38,121 nucleotides of DNA from a virus (taxonomy: Duplodnaviria; Caudoviricetes), in the IMG/VR virus record IMGVR_UViG_3300034019_000289, positions 1 to 38,121 of that record; one strand, given 5' to 3'. Below the pieces are notes generated by a model that worked only from the letters and a program-made list of their open reading frames with translations, was not told the DNA's origin and did no database searches. Of this stretch, positions 16,813 to 25,579 are shown one piece after another. Position 1 is the stretch's first letter. Every line of letters begins with the position of its first letter. The position numbers were made by a program, and so were the translations under genes.

Positions 16813-18740
16813 TACGGGTAGGTCTCCGTGAGTACCGTATCACTCTGGTCAGCCGAAGCAGCAATGCTTCTGCGGCCTTGTCCAATGTTCAAGGAAATGC
16901 TGCTCAATGCGCCTGCCCGATAATCTGCTATACGAACGTAGGGCCGCTGGTGCGAGCCTGTGCGCTTGCAGAAGCCGCGCCCTCGGTCGTCAACCGTGGT
17001 AAGGGTCGAGGGCCGCTTGTAAGGCCCACTCTTCGCCATACGGGTATCCGTGGTGACAGTAACGTCATCCGCCGTGACTTCCGAAATCTCCACGTCAATG
17101 CTGGAGACATCGAACACGGTCTGGTCAGGCTGCGACACTGCGACAACCTGCACGAATGCCGTGGTCGGGTTGCTGGCCGTGATTGCCGTGCCGTAAAGGT
17201 CTGCCGTGTTCTCGATTCGCAGAAGGCTGGACGGGATTACGGCATTCGAGTTGCCGAGTGCGGGTCGCCCCTGCTCCAGACTCAGCACGTAGTTGTAGGT
17301 GCCGTCAGCGAAGTGGTAGTGCTTGTTCACGGGGTCATGGCTGGCAACAATGCTTGCTGCCGTCAGGTTAGCAATGTACTCCGAGTAGTGCAGGCAGGTT
17401 GCAGGTCCGTCAGGCGGAATCAGCCACAGTTCGTCGTGGGTGGTAGCGCACACATGCCCCATGTCGTCACCGCATACCGCCATTCTGGAGGGGATGCCGT
17501 GGTCGATTAGCTTCTGCTCGATGTAGCCCGTCTCGTTGCGGATAAGGCGGGAAACGCCATCGCGCCCATAGGCAATCAGGTTGTTGCCGCACTGCTTCAA
17601 CGCCCGGATAGGTCCGCACCACTTAGGCCGGAAGAAGCCCATCCGGTAGTATTCCAAGTCGCTGTCAATGTCGCCACGGAGAACGTCATTCAGGTCGTTG
17701 CCACCGATGCCAAGCGCAGCAAGGAACAGCGTGAAGGGACGGTCATTTTCCGCACCGCCGGGGGCCGAGAAGAAGATGTAGCTACTGTCGAGGGTATCAT
17801 CCTCGGTGGTCAACTGCCCTGCAAGCCCTTCCAGTTCCTTCCAGTGAGAGAACAGGCTGGTGACTACGGCCTCAGAAAGCCGCGTACCACTCATGCCGCC
17901 GAACACAAGGGAGTTGTTGTGCTTCCCAATCGCGTCCACGGCCAAATCTTCTGTGCGCTGCCACTGCGAAACACCCGATATTTCGGCGTTACCCGGCTTG
18001 AGGAACAGCAAGGTATTGCCATTTCCAAGGAAGGCCACGCGGTCTTGGAATGCCACCATCTGCCACGCGCCCGAGGAGGACAGTGCTGCCACCTTGAAGA
18101 CGTAGACGTTATCTATGTTGCCAAGAAAAGCCAAAGTCCCGGAACCAGTGGCAGTAAAAGCCAAGCCTGTACCGTTAGAAGTTAGTGTCTCTGCGTATGT
18201 GCCATTTGCTGAACGCGCCGTACCTGCTTGCGTTCCTGCCTTGACAGTTACGGTTCCACTGCCGCTATAACCAGACACGGTGTAGATAATGAGGTAAGCT
18301 GATGCCCCATCGAATACACCAGCTTGCGCCAGATCGGTAGCTGCAACCGCAGTAGCCTTTGTTGCCACACCGTTGGCAATCGTCCAACCTGTTCCCTTAG
18401 TCCATGTGGTATCGGTGATGAAGAACGGGTTGAGCGCAAGGTTCTGCGAGCCGTAAATCGTCTTTGCCGTTTCCGCATAGGGATAGCTGGACGTGTTCAG
18501 CGTGTTGGCGGTAGCCGCCTGCATGTACATAATCATGCGCTCGTCCCGAAGCACCATCGGGAAGGGCCACGCCATAGTCAGCGTATCGTCCACGGGGAAC
18601 GTCACCGCCAATGGCGCAACGCACCCGCGCTCGGTTGGAATGCGGTTGGCGCAGTCCCGCAAATACTGTTCGTTGCGCTGCATGTCGCGGCGAGGCCGCA
18701 GTCCATTCCGCAAAGGTTCACGAATTTCTATGGAAGGCAT
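16812..18740 (-). CDS. Tail nozzle / DNA-stabilisation-like protein, paralog B (642 aa), with CBM-like insert
   Basis: Shares EPLRNGLRP...N...PT..G, WPFP, NDRPF, LIAYGRDGVSRL and DELW motifs with its neighbours. Confidence 0.65.
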   Translation of the reverse strand: MPSIEIREPLRNGLRPRRDMQRNEQYLRDCANRIPTERGCVAPLAVTFPVDDTLTMAWPFPMVLRDERMIMYMQAATANTLNTSSYPYAETAKTIYGSQNLALNPFFITDTTWTKGTGWTIANGVATKATAVAATDLAQAGVFDGASAYLIIYTVSGYSGSGTVTVKAGTQAGTARSANGTYAETLTSNGTGLAFTATGSGTLAFLGNIDNVYVFKVAALSSSGAWQMVAFQDRVAFLGNGNTLLFLKPGNAEISGVSQWQRTEDLAVDAIGKHNNSLVFGGMSGTRLSEAVVTSLFSHWKELEGLAGQLTTEDDTLDSSYIFFSAPGGAENDRPFTLFLAALGIGGNDLNDVLRGDIDSDLEYYRMGFFRPKWCGPIRALKQCGNNLIAYGRDGVSRLIRNETGYIEQKLIDHGIPSRMAVCGDDMGHVCATTHDELWLIPPDGPATCLHYSEYIANLTAASIVASHDPVNKHYHFADGTYNYVLSLEQGRPALGNSNAVIPSSLLRIENTADLYGTAITASNPTTAFVQVVAVSQPDQTVFDVSSIDVEISEVTADDVTVTTDTRMAKSGPYKRPSTLTTVDDRGRGFCKRTGSHQRPYVRIADYRAGALSSISLNIGQGRRSIAASADQSDTVLTETYP

Positions 18741-20347
18741 GTCGATATACTCCTGCGTTCGCCATCATCGAATTCCAAGATGATGTCATTGATGTTGATG
18801 GTTGTCCGGTCGGGGTGGGTTATCTGAATGTAGGCCATGTAGTAGCTTGTCGGGGGGATTTTAGCCACGCCCCGCTTGTCTACGGTCACATAACCCGTGG
18901 TTCCAACACTAGGATCATTAGGGAATCTCTTGTACACCAGAGCCGCTTGCAGGCCCGTGGTGGTGTCTTCAGCGTCCACCTGCACGATAATTCGCACGGC
19001 ATTGGCTACAACGTTCCGCCCTTGGTTGTCGAACCAGTTGGTTTGCAGGTATGCGGTCGTGTTGTCAGATACCAAAGTGCGAATACCCACGGGGCCGCTT
19101 GCATTGTTTGCCCGTCCATATCCCACGGTGGTAGGAAGGAAGGGAGACTTCGACAATCCGCCACCAACTGGGAGTCGGTAGGCAAAGTCGCTATCGCCCG
19201 TGAAGTAGAATTCATTCTCTCCCGGATCGTGATGCACCATGACGTTGGTTGCGCTGCCGAATATGTTCCGGTATCCGAGGTTTGTGGCTTGAGGGACACC
19301 GCCTTGATTCTCCACCGCCCACAAGTCCCGCCGTTCGTCCACAAACATCTGTGTCTGCTCATTGCCACCCACAGCAAGGCGAACAGTCGTTCCTTCGCAC
19401 AGTCCAACGTTCTGTGCAAATCCAGGGAGGTCGAAGTTGCCGTATCCACCGTCAGGGCGAATCAGGCGCACACCGTTCGTGCCATAGGCGATCATGGTAT
19501 TGCCACACTGCATGATCCGCTTCACCGTTCCGGTCCACGGCATCGGGGCAGATGCAGACTCTCCACGGCTGGCAAACTGCATCCAGTAAGGGTTTTGCTC
19601 GGTGAATACTGTGCCTACGCCTTGCCCCAATGCAGGAGCACCATATTTCATAAGGTCTAGCGAGAAGAATTTGAACATATCCTCGCCAGCAGCACTAGAC
19701 CACCAGACATGGTTTGCACCCATTCCAGTTCCGTAATCGCCATCCTGCAATTCTGCCGGAAGGTTGGTCTGGTAGGTCGCAAGGTATGTCGGCCAATCCG
19801 CAAGGGAGAACAGGTCGGAAGCGTCAAAGCCACCGTAAAATATCTGCCCATCGTTGTAGGCCGCGCCGGTCTGGATGGTCACACTGGACTGCACAAACGT
19901 AATACCGAGCAAGGTAAACACCACGCATTCCCCATTGAACAGCATCCAGCGGTCCCATAGGTCGAGAAAGTGCCAATCTTTTCCTGCTGGTATGGTGCCT
20001 GCGTTTAGGCTCCCGTCTACAAGGAAGTCCTCCCACGAGTACACTGTGCGTGCGCCTACGGTCCAATTGCCGGAGTCCGATTTGGTCACGTCGAAGATTG
20101 ACGTTGCGGTTGCCAGAAGGGTTGCTGACTTCCCAACGAAAAGTTGAGGGAAGGGGTAGGACTTGGTTATCGAAGCTGCCGTCAATGCGGCATCTGTTAT
20201 CGGCTGCTGAAACGAGCGCATAACCTTCGCGCCAAAAGGCGTGCAGGAAAGGTTCTTCGCATCGACAAGGTACTGCGCGTTGACAGGGATTCTGCCGTCA
20301 GGGCGAATCCCTTTAGGGAGCGATTCTTTGAAGGAAAGACGCTGCAC
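18728..20347 (-). CDS. Tail nozzle / DNA-stabilisation-like protein, paralog A (539 aa), without insert
   Basis: Shares ESLPKGIRPD...N, YPFP, MIAYGTNGVRL and RDLW...LGYR motifs. GTG start with GGAGG upstream. Confidence 0.65.
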   Translation of the reverse strand: MQRLSFKESLPKGIRPDGRIPVNAQYLVDAKNLSCTPFGAKVMRSFQQPITDAALTAASITKSYPFPQLFVGKSATLLATATSIFDVTKSDSGNWTVGARTVYSWEDFLVDGSLNAGTIPAGKDWHFLDLWDRWMLFNGECVVFTLLGITFVQSSVTIQTGAAYNDGQIFYGGFDASDLFSLADWPTYLATYQTNLPAELQDGDYGTGMGANHVWWSSAAGEDMFKFFSLDLMKYGAPALGQGVGTVFTEQNPYWMQFASRGESASAPMPWTGTVKRIMQCGNTMIAYGTNGVRLIRPDGGYGNFDLPGFAQNVGLCEGTTVRLAVGGNEQTQMFVDERRDLWAVENQGGVPQATNLGYRNIFGSATNVMVHHDPGENEFYFTGDSDFAYRLPVGGGLSKSPFLPTTVGYGRANNASGPVGIRTLVSDNTTAYLQTNWFDNQGRNVVANAVRIIVQVDAEDTTTGLQAALVYKRFPNDPSVGTTGYVTVDKRGVAKIPPTSYYMAYIQITHPDRTTININDIILEFDDGERRSISTCLP

Positions 20348-20348
20348 C

Positions 20349-20783
20349 TTATGCCTCCCTGCAAGAGAAAACGACAGACACTTCCGAGAGCGTGCAAGGG
20401 CCGTCTACGTTGACTGCTACGGTCAATACGTCTCCTGCCGAGAATGATGCAGCCCCAACGTCTATATGGTCCTGCATGGCTTCCTTGAACGCCTTGGTGA
20501 ATACCACCTTGCCGTTCACACTAAACACGAACTCCGCCTTGACACCATCGGTCATCTCATTGATGACAATATCGCAGGCGGTAGCGACACCACCGCGATC
20601 AGATTCATGGGAGAATGCTTCCACGCTGCACGCGAATGGCATCTTGAACGTGGTTTCGTGAAGGACTATCAGCCACGTTTCCTTTTTGGGGGCAACCGGC
20701 TGCGAACGCATGGCCGCAGCTTCCGCCTGCTGCTGGCTTCGGATATTACGCATACGCGCCTCTAGGGGAGTCGATCTAGCCAT
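20349..20783 (-). CDS. Hypothetical virion protein, 144 aa
   Basis: Likely start ATG 20783 (MARSTPLEAR), overlapping the adaptor stop; beta-rich C-terminus. Confidence 0.6.
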   Translation of the reverse strand: MARSTPLEARMRNIRSQQQAEAAAMRSQPVAPKKETWLIVLHETTFKMPFACSVEAFSHESDRGGVATACDIVINEMTDGVKAEFVFSVNGKVVFTKAFKEAMQDHIDVGAASFSAGDVLTVAVNVDGPCTLSEVSVVFSCREA

Positions 20784-21897
20784 TGAGTGCCATGTCCTCT
20801 GGTGCCATGCCCGAATACAGAGAGAAGCGATATTCCGAATAGAGCCGTGCAAGTTCTTCGTCGCAAGACTCTTCAAATGCTTTTGCGCCGGATACGTTAC
20901 GGTGCCCTTGACGCTCATACACCGAGCGTGCGGCATTCACCACAAGGTCGGGATGTTCAGAGGTCCACCAGTTGTAGTCGTTGTTGTTGACCAATGGAGA
21001 CGCGGCGAAGTCGCCCCAAATCTCCACGGTGTAATCCACGCTCGCTGGGGGCATGAAGATAAGCTGGCTGGCGTAAGATGCAATCTCAGGAGTGCTCGTT
21101 GCCGCAACAATCTCGATGGAATTAACGGTAGCCGTGCTGGTGCCGGTCGAAACGTAACCAATTGCAATAGTATCCCAATTACCATCGGTATCCCCATCGA
21201 AGGTATGAACGCCTGCCGTAGTGATACTTTCTAAGTGAACAAGTTCATAATCCTGCGTCGAATCATTCCACATGCCAAAAAACACGCGCAGCACACCATC
21301 AGGCAAGGTGGCAATATCAATAGTGACTTCCGTTTCTTGCGGATACACGCTTGAAAGCCGCTGAAGAATGGCGGGGGATGGGTTGCCGCTGTCCACTAAA
21401 GACAACACGCCTGCCGTAACGCTGGAGCTACCGCCGCTGTTAGGGGCAGTTTCCCAACTCGCAAGGCCGTCACCAAAGGCCCCATTCACTATGGGGGCTG
21501 CAAGGCTACGCGCCGGTCGCGGGTTCCAACTCCAATAGATAGGCTTTCCAGAATCCACGTCCGCGAATGGCTCCCCATACTTTGCCCGCATCTCGTCGTA
21601 GGAGATCATGCGCGGGTGAGTTACCGTGGTGCCATCCGAAAGGTCCAGCCGCCGAATGAACTGGATGTAGGGTAGGTTGAACGTGTGGGAGCCAGTCAGC
21701 AGATTGCCTGCAAAGCGTAACTCACTGCCCTTGCCCGGCCAACGCCGTACAAGCCAACGCACGCCAGCATTGATGAAGTACGTGGCATTGCTCAAAAGGC
21801 CAGACTTATCAGAGTAATCGGCGGCGATAGCATCAGTCACCAGCCCCGTGTACCCGGTCTGTTCAACAAGCACTTGGCGCATTTCGGACAGGTTCAT
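20776..21897 (-). CDS. Head-tail adaptor (P22 gp4/T7 gp11-like position) with internal CBM-like insert, 373 aa
   Basis: MNLSEMR start with GGAG SD; FINAG, GKP..W, MPPASVDYTVEI and NWWTSEHPDLVV motifs typical of adaptor proteins; directly after the MCP. Confidence 0.7.
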   Translation of the reverse strand: MNLSEMRQVLVEQTGYTGLVTDAIAADYSDKSGLLSNATYFINAGVRWLVRRWPGKGSELRFAGNLLTGSHTFNLPYIQFIRRLDLSDGTTVTHPRMISYDEMRAKYGEPFADVDSGKPIYWSWNPRPARSLAAPIVNGAFGDGLASWETAPNSGGSSSVTAGVLSLVDSGNPSPAILQRLSSVYPQETEVTIDIATLPDGVLRVFFGMWNDSTQDYELVHLESITTAGVHTFDGDTDGNWDTIAIGYVSTGTSTATVNSIEIVAATSTPEIASYASQLIFMPPASVDYTVEIWGDFAASPLVNNNDYNWWTSEHPDLVVNAARSVYERQGHRNVSGAKAFEESCDEELARLYSEYRFSLYSGMAPEDMALNG

Positions 21898-21927
21898 TAT
21901 CGCAAGTCTCCACAAGTTTTAGGGGGT

Positions 21928-21962
21928 GCCTGCCCTCCGGGGAGGGAAACCGGAGGGCAGGC
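21928..21962. other. Perfect 13-bp GC-rich stem-loop downstream of the major capsid gene
   Basis: GCCTGCCCTCCGG-GGAGGGAAA-CCGGAGGGCAGGC; no U-tract directly after it on the minus strand. Confidence 0.85.
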
Positions 21963-21992
21963 GGCGAGCACATTGCGTACTCGGGGGAGAGA

Positions 21993-23300
21993 TTATCGAG
22001 TCACGCCGAAAGCATCGACAATGAAGTGCGCGTCAGGGTTATCCACCTTCACGCCTTCACAACCGCGCCACCAACCCTTCTTGTAGGTCGTGCCGCTGGT
22101 GTCGATCTCCTCAAACTTCTCCGGGGAGTAGACCACGCGGCTCAGGTAATTCGGGCGCACCGCAACAATCGTGCGATTGTAGGACGAACCGGTCGAGAAC
22201 AACTCGTGGTCGTAGAACTGGAACTGGATGCCAGCGCAGTTGACCGTGGTGTAGTACCAGCCGAATTCATCCTTGTTGTCGCTCACGTTGCGGTTGGCGA
22301 TGGAGATGTCTTCCAGAATGGTCTGGATGTCCGTCATCACCGTCGAGGACGTGTAGCACTTCAGGATGCCGGGGCCAGCATACTTCTTGGCGTACTCTGC
22401 CCACTGCTTGAAGAACTCCCAACCCAGCGTGCGAACATCGCCGGTGTTGGACCCAAGGTAGGTCGTGTCGTTCTTGTAGTTGATCAGGTTACGCCCAGAA
22501 GCCGTGCCGCTGTTGGCGGGGTCCAACCAGTAGCGAAGGCCACCGGTCGTGTACGCGCCATCAGCGTCAGCCTTGCGGATGCCCTTGAGGTACATCGCTT
22601 CACGCTGCATGTAGAACTTCTCACGCTCGTCAAGGATGTAGTGCGCCCACGGGTCACGCTTGTCGAGGAAACGCTTTTCCTTCAACTGGCGATCCGTAGC
22701 CTGTACCGCGTAGTCCCAGTCTTGGCAGTAGTTGTAGTAAAGCGCGAACTGCTGCTGACGAGACGTTCCGGCTTCACGCAACTCGGGGCCATTGCGGGGA
22801 CCGCCAGGAGAGGCGATCAGCGTGGTGTCGTTCAGGATGTTGTTGGTGTCCGATTCCTGCAACTTCACAGTCAGGTAGCTGGATGCACCGTTGAGCGTCT
22901 TGCTCACAACCTTGACCTGCAAGCGTCCGTAAACGTTGGAGTCGGTGGAGGTGATTTCGATAAGCTCTTCTTCCTGATACAACTTCACGTCATTCTCGGC
23001 CATCTGGAGGTTCTTCACCTGATCCACGGTCGAACCAGTGCTCGTGGCATTGGTCAGGGCCGGGCCATTGAAGATGTCGGTGATGGTCGCTTCCATGTTG
23101 TCGAAGCCACGCCGCCACCACTCAAAGCGAGTGGCACTTTCTGCGTCGATGGTGTTCTCCATGGGGATGTGCGACACCAACTTGACCTTGCCCATAGGGC
23201 GGGATTCGTCGGTTTTCTGGATACGAAGGGGCTGGTTCCACTGGGACGGTTGCGCTCCGGTGTAGTCGGTTCCTTCAGTCCTTACGGGGGCGAGTGCCAT
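21993..23300 (-). CDS. Major capsid protein (SU10/DUF5309-like HK97 fold), 435 aa
   Basis: FEWW, YNYCQ and TTGGLRYWL motifs; strong codon bias; AGGAG SD; downstream of portal and scaffold. Confidence 0.8.
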   Translation of the reverse strand: MALAPVRTEGTDYTGAQPSQWNQPLRIQKTDESRPMGKVKLVSHIPMENTIDAESATRFEWWRRGFDNMEATITDIFNGPALTNATSTGSTVDQVKNLQMAENDVKLYQEEELIEITSTDSNVYGRLQVKVVSKTLNGASSYLTVKLQESDTNNILNDTTLIASPGGPRNGPELREAGTSRQQQFALYYNYCQDWDYAVQATDRQLKEKRFLDKRDPWAHYILDEREKFYMQREAMYLKGIRKADADGAYTTGGLRYWLDPANSGTASGRNLINYKNDTTYLGSNTGDVRTLGWEFFKQWAEYAKKYAGPGILKCYTSSTVMTDIQTILEDISIANRNVSDNKDEFGWYYTTVNCAGIQFQFYDHELFSTGSSYNRTIVAVRPNYLSRVVYSPEKFEEIDTSGTTYKKGWWRGCEGVKVDNPDAHFIVDAFGVTR

Positions 23301-23336
23301 GATGTAATCTCCTAAGCCTGTGAGGGCTATTCTTGG

Positions 23337-24011
23337 TTAAGCTGCCGTACCGGCAATGATGTCGTGGTTGAAGGCGTGCAACTGCGCACTGTTCGTACCA
23401 CTGTTGGTTGAGAACTGGACCGTCACCGAGAGGTCGATGGCGTTCACAGAGTTAAGGGTGAATGCGGGGGCGATTGTGGCCGTGCCGTGACCAGCAATAC
23501 CTGCAATCAGCATGTTGCCCGTGCCAAGACCGATCATGGTCATGTTGGGGGTCGCGAACGATCCACAAATAACAGAGCCACGAAGCACGATCACGTCATT
23601 CGCTGCACTCGTTGCGCCAACAAGCTGGGATGCGCACACGGTTCCCGTGAGGGATGCCGTCACCGCACCAATACGCACGCGCACCGTTATGGTGTCCGTG
23701 GCATTGACAGCAACTACCTTCACCGCAGCAACGAACTCGATGCGATCACCCGCAGACAACGCCCCAGCCGCAATGGCCTTGGTGCCGCCAGTGATGATAG
23801 CTTCCGTGCTCGCGGCAGGCAGGAAAGCCGCGCCAGCAGCAGCCTTTACGCTGCTAATCTTGCGACCCAGTGCCGTAGCCAAGGTTGCCGTTGTGAAGTC
23901 ACTACCGTTCACCTGAAGCCCGTTTTTGAAATTGGGCTTGTTGGCTCCTGTGGCAGTGACCATGTTCCAGTTGTCACGAAACGTTTTCGTGAGTCCTCCT
24001 AGAAGAGCCAT
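23337..24011 (-). CDS. Ala/Gly/Thr-rich probable capsid decoration/fibre protein
   Basis: Composition, AAGGAG SD and location between scaffold and MCP. Confidence 0.55.
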   Translation of the reverse strand: MALLGGLTKTFRDNWNMVTATGANKPNFKNGLQVNGSDFTTATLATALGRKISSVKAAAGAAFLPAASTEAIITGGTKAIAAGALSAGDRIEFVAAVKVVAVNATDTITVRVRIGAVTASLTGTVCASQLVGATSAANDVIVLRGSVICGSFATPNMTMIGLGTGNMLIAGIAGHGTATIAPAFTLNSVNAIDLSVTVQFSTNSGTNSAQLHAFNHDIIAGTAA

Positions 24012-24036
24012 ATCTTTAACTCCTTCTCAGGTGGGT

Positions 24037-24381
24037 TTAGGTGGTGACTTCGTAATCCACCTTCCACACGCCAATGTGGTTGGTGATCTTGAAGTTGTCG
24101 TTCGCGGCGGAGAGCGCGTCACCGAGGATGTCCGTACCAGCAGCATCCTTGATCGTCACGTCACCCGTGCCACCATCGGAAACCACGCGGCCATAGTAGG
24201 ACGTGCCTACCGGAACGGTGTCGATGGACGGCATGGTGATGTCATAAGCCACGGATGCGGCAGTGGTGATGCGGATGTCGGTCTGGTACGGCTTGATGGT
24301 GGTTGCGCCAGTCACAAAGACGGTCTGCGGCAACTCCTTACCAAGATCGTCGGACGCTTGAAGTCCTAGAAATTTCGGCAT
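24037..24381 (-). CDS. Small beta-rich probable capsid-associated protein
   Basis: Strong codon bias, AAGGA SD and position after the scaffold. Confidence 0.55.
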   Translation of the reverse strand: MPKFLGLQASDDLGKELPQTVFVTGATTIKPYQTDIRITTAASVAYDITMPSIDTVPVGTSYYGRVVSDGGTGDVTIKDAAGTDILGDALSAANDNFKITNHIGVWKVDYEVTT

Positions 24382-24396
24382 TGTTTGTGTTCCTTC

Positions 24397-25302
24397 TTAC
24401 ATTTGCAACCCGGCGCGTTCAGCAGCGGCCTTGAGCCGGTCCTGAATCGTCATCGGGCGATTGGTTTGTGCAACAGGTCGTGCAGTGCCGGGGCTGGAAG
24501 CGACAGGCTTTCCGTTCCCAATCTTCTGCACACCACGAAGGCTCTTGAGGGCATTGAATCCCGCCAAGTGCTTTGCCGTGGCTTTGTAGGCTTGCTCTCG
24601 GATTTTGCTGGGGGCAGCATTCGGGTTGGCGACACGCGCACGCTTTACCTCGTCACGAAGCTGCGGCGTGATGTCCTCCAACTCGGGGTGCTCGTTGAGA
24701 ATGAAGTGCGTAAGCGTTGCCACTTCTGCACGGTCATTCGCCTCGGTCACGGCTTGGCTGATCTGTTGAACGATGGGCGTAAAGTATTGCTCCACGCCGC
24801 GCAGGGTGCTGATCGCAAGCATCTGTTCGCGGGCCGTATAAGCCTCCACGTCCAGAATGCCAATCGAATCGGCCTCTGCTTCGGTCAACGGTTGCCATTC
24901 CGGCACATGCTGCGTCGATTGTGCCTTGTCAGCTTGCGCTGCCAGAGCATCCGCATTTTCCGGTGCGGCAACGGGCGCAGGCGCACCGCCACCATTCCGG
25001 TACTGCTCAACCATTTTCTCCAGCGATTCCAATTGGGCCAACATGCCCTCTGCCTCGTCCGCGCTCAGGGTCACTGGACCCCTTTCAGGCACTTCTGTAT
25101 CCGCCGGTTCCGCTGCTTCCGCAGGTTCGCCGGGTTCAGCAGCAGGTGCTTCGGGCGTTTCGGTGGCAACAGGCTCACCATCCGGTGTGATCGGCACCGG
25201 GGAAGGTTCATGGATGGACTCTCCATTACGTTGCGCTTCCGCGCCCGCAATGCGTTCCTCAATCGACGGGGCTGAATCCAGCACTGTCACTTCATCAGGC
25301 AT
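24397..25302 (-). CDS. Capsid scaffolding protein, 301 aa
   Basis: Acidic E/P/A-rich N-terminus, helical middle and basic C-terminus. Start more likely ATG 25302 (MPDEV, AAGGA SD) than 25401. Confidence 0.7.
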   Translation of the reverse strand: MPDEVTVLDSAPSIEERIAGAEAQRNGESIHEPSPVPITPDGEPVATETPEAPAAEPGEPAEAAEPADTEVPERGPVTLSADEAEGMLAQLESLEKMVEQYRNGGGAPAPVAAPENADALAAQADKAQSTQHVPEWQPLTEAEADSIGILDVEAYTAREQMLAISTLRGVEQYFTPIVQQISQAVTEANDRAEVATLTHFILNEHPELEDITPQLRDEVKRARVANPNAAPSKIREQAYKATAKHLAGFNALKSLRGVQKIGNGKPVASSPGTARPVAQTNRPMTIQDRLKAAAERAGLQM

Positions 25303-25579
25303 CGGTCTTTTCCTTTTCTTTCTTGGCTGCATCTTCTTGCAACCGCTTGATTGCCGACATTTCGATATTGATTTGCGTGGACAAGCCAACGCACTTCCCA
25401 CGATAGAAGTTCACCTTGTCGTTGGGGGTTTCAGCCGCGTCACGGCTCCCGCTGGCGATCAGGTGTTCATCCCGTACCAACTGGCGCATCAGGCGGGTCA
25501 CGGGCAATTGCTGCCACGCCTCGATGTCCTCAAGGGTGATATGGATTCCATCTACGGTGTTCCACGGTTGCTTGTTCAT
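25295..25579 (-). CDS. Small helical protein between portal and scaffold
   Basis: ATGA coupling to the portal stop; W...P...FYRG pattern; conserved position in podovirus-like head modules. Confidence 0.6.
   Translation of the reverse strand: MNKQPWNTVDGIHITLEDIEAWQQLPVTRLMRQLVRDEHLIASGSRDAAETPNDKVNFYRGKCVGLSTQINIEMSAIKRLQEDAAKKEKEKTDA

Noticed and set aside
22026-23315. 429-aa plus-strand ORF antisense to the major capsid gene
   Set aside because: It is an in-register shadow of a strongly codon-biased gene, V/L/R/H-rich with no recognisable motif.
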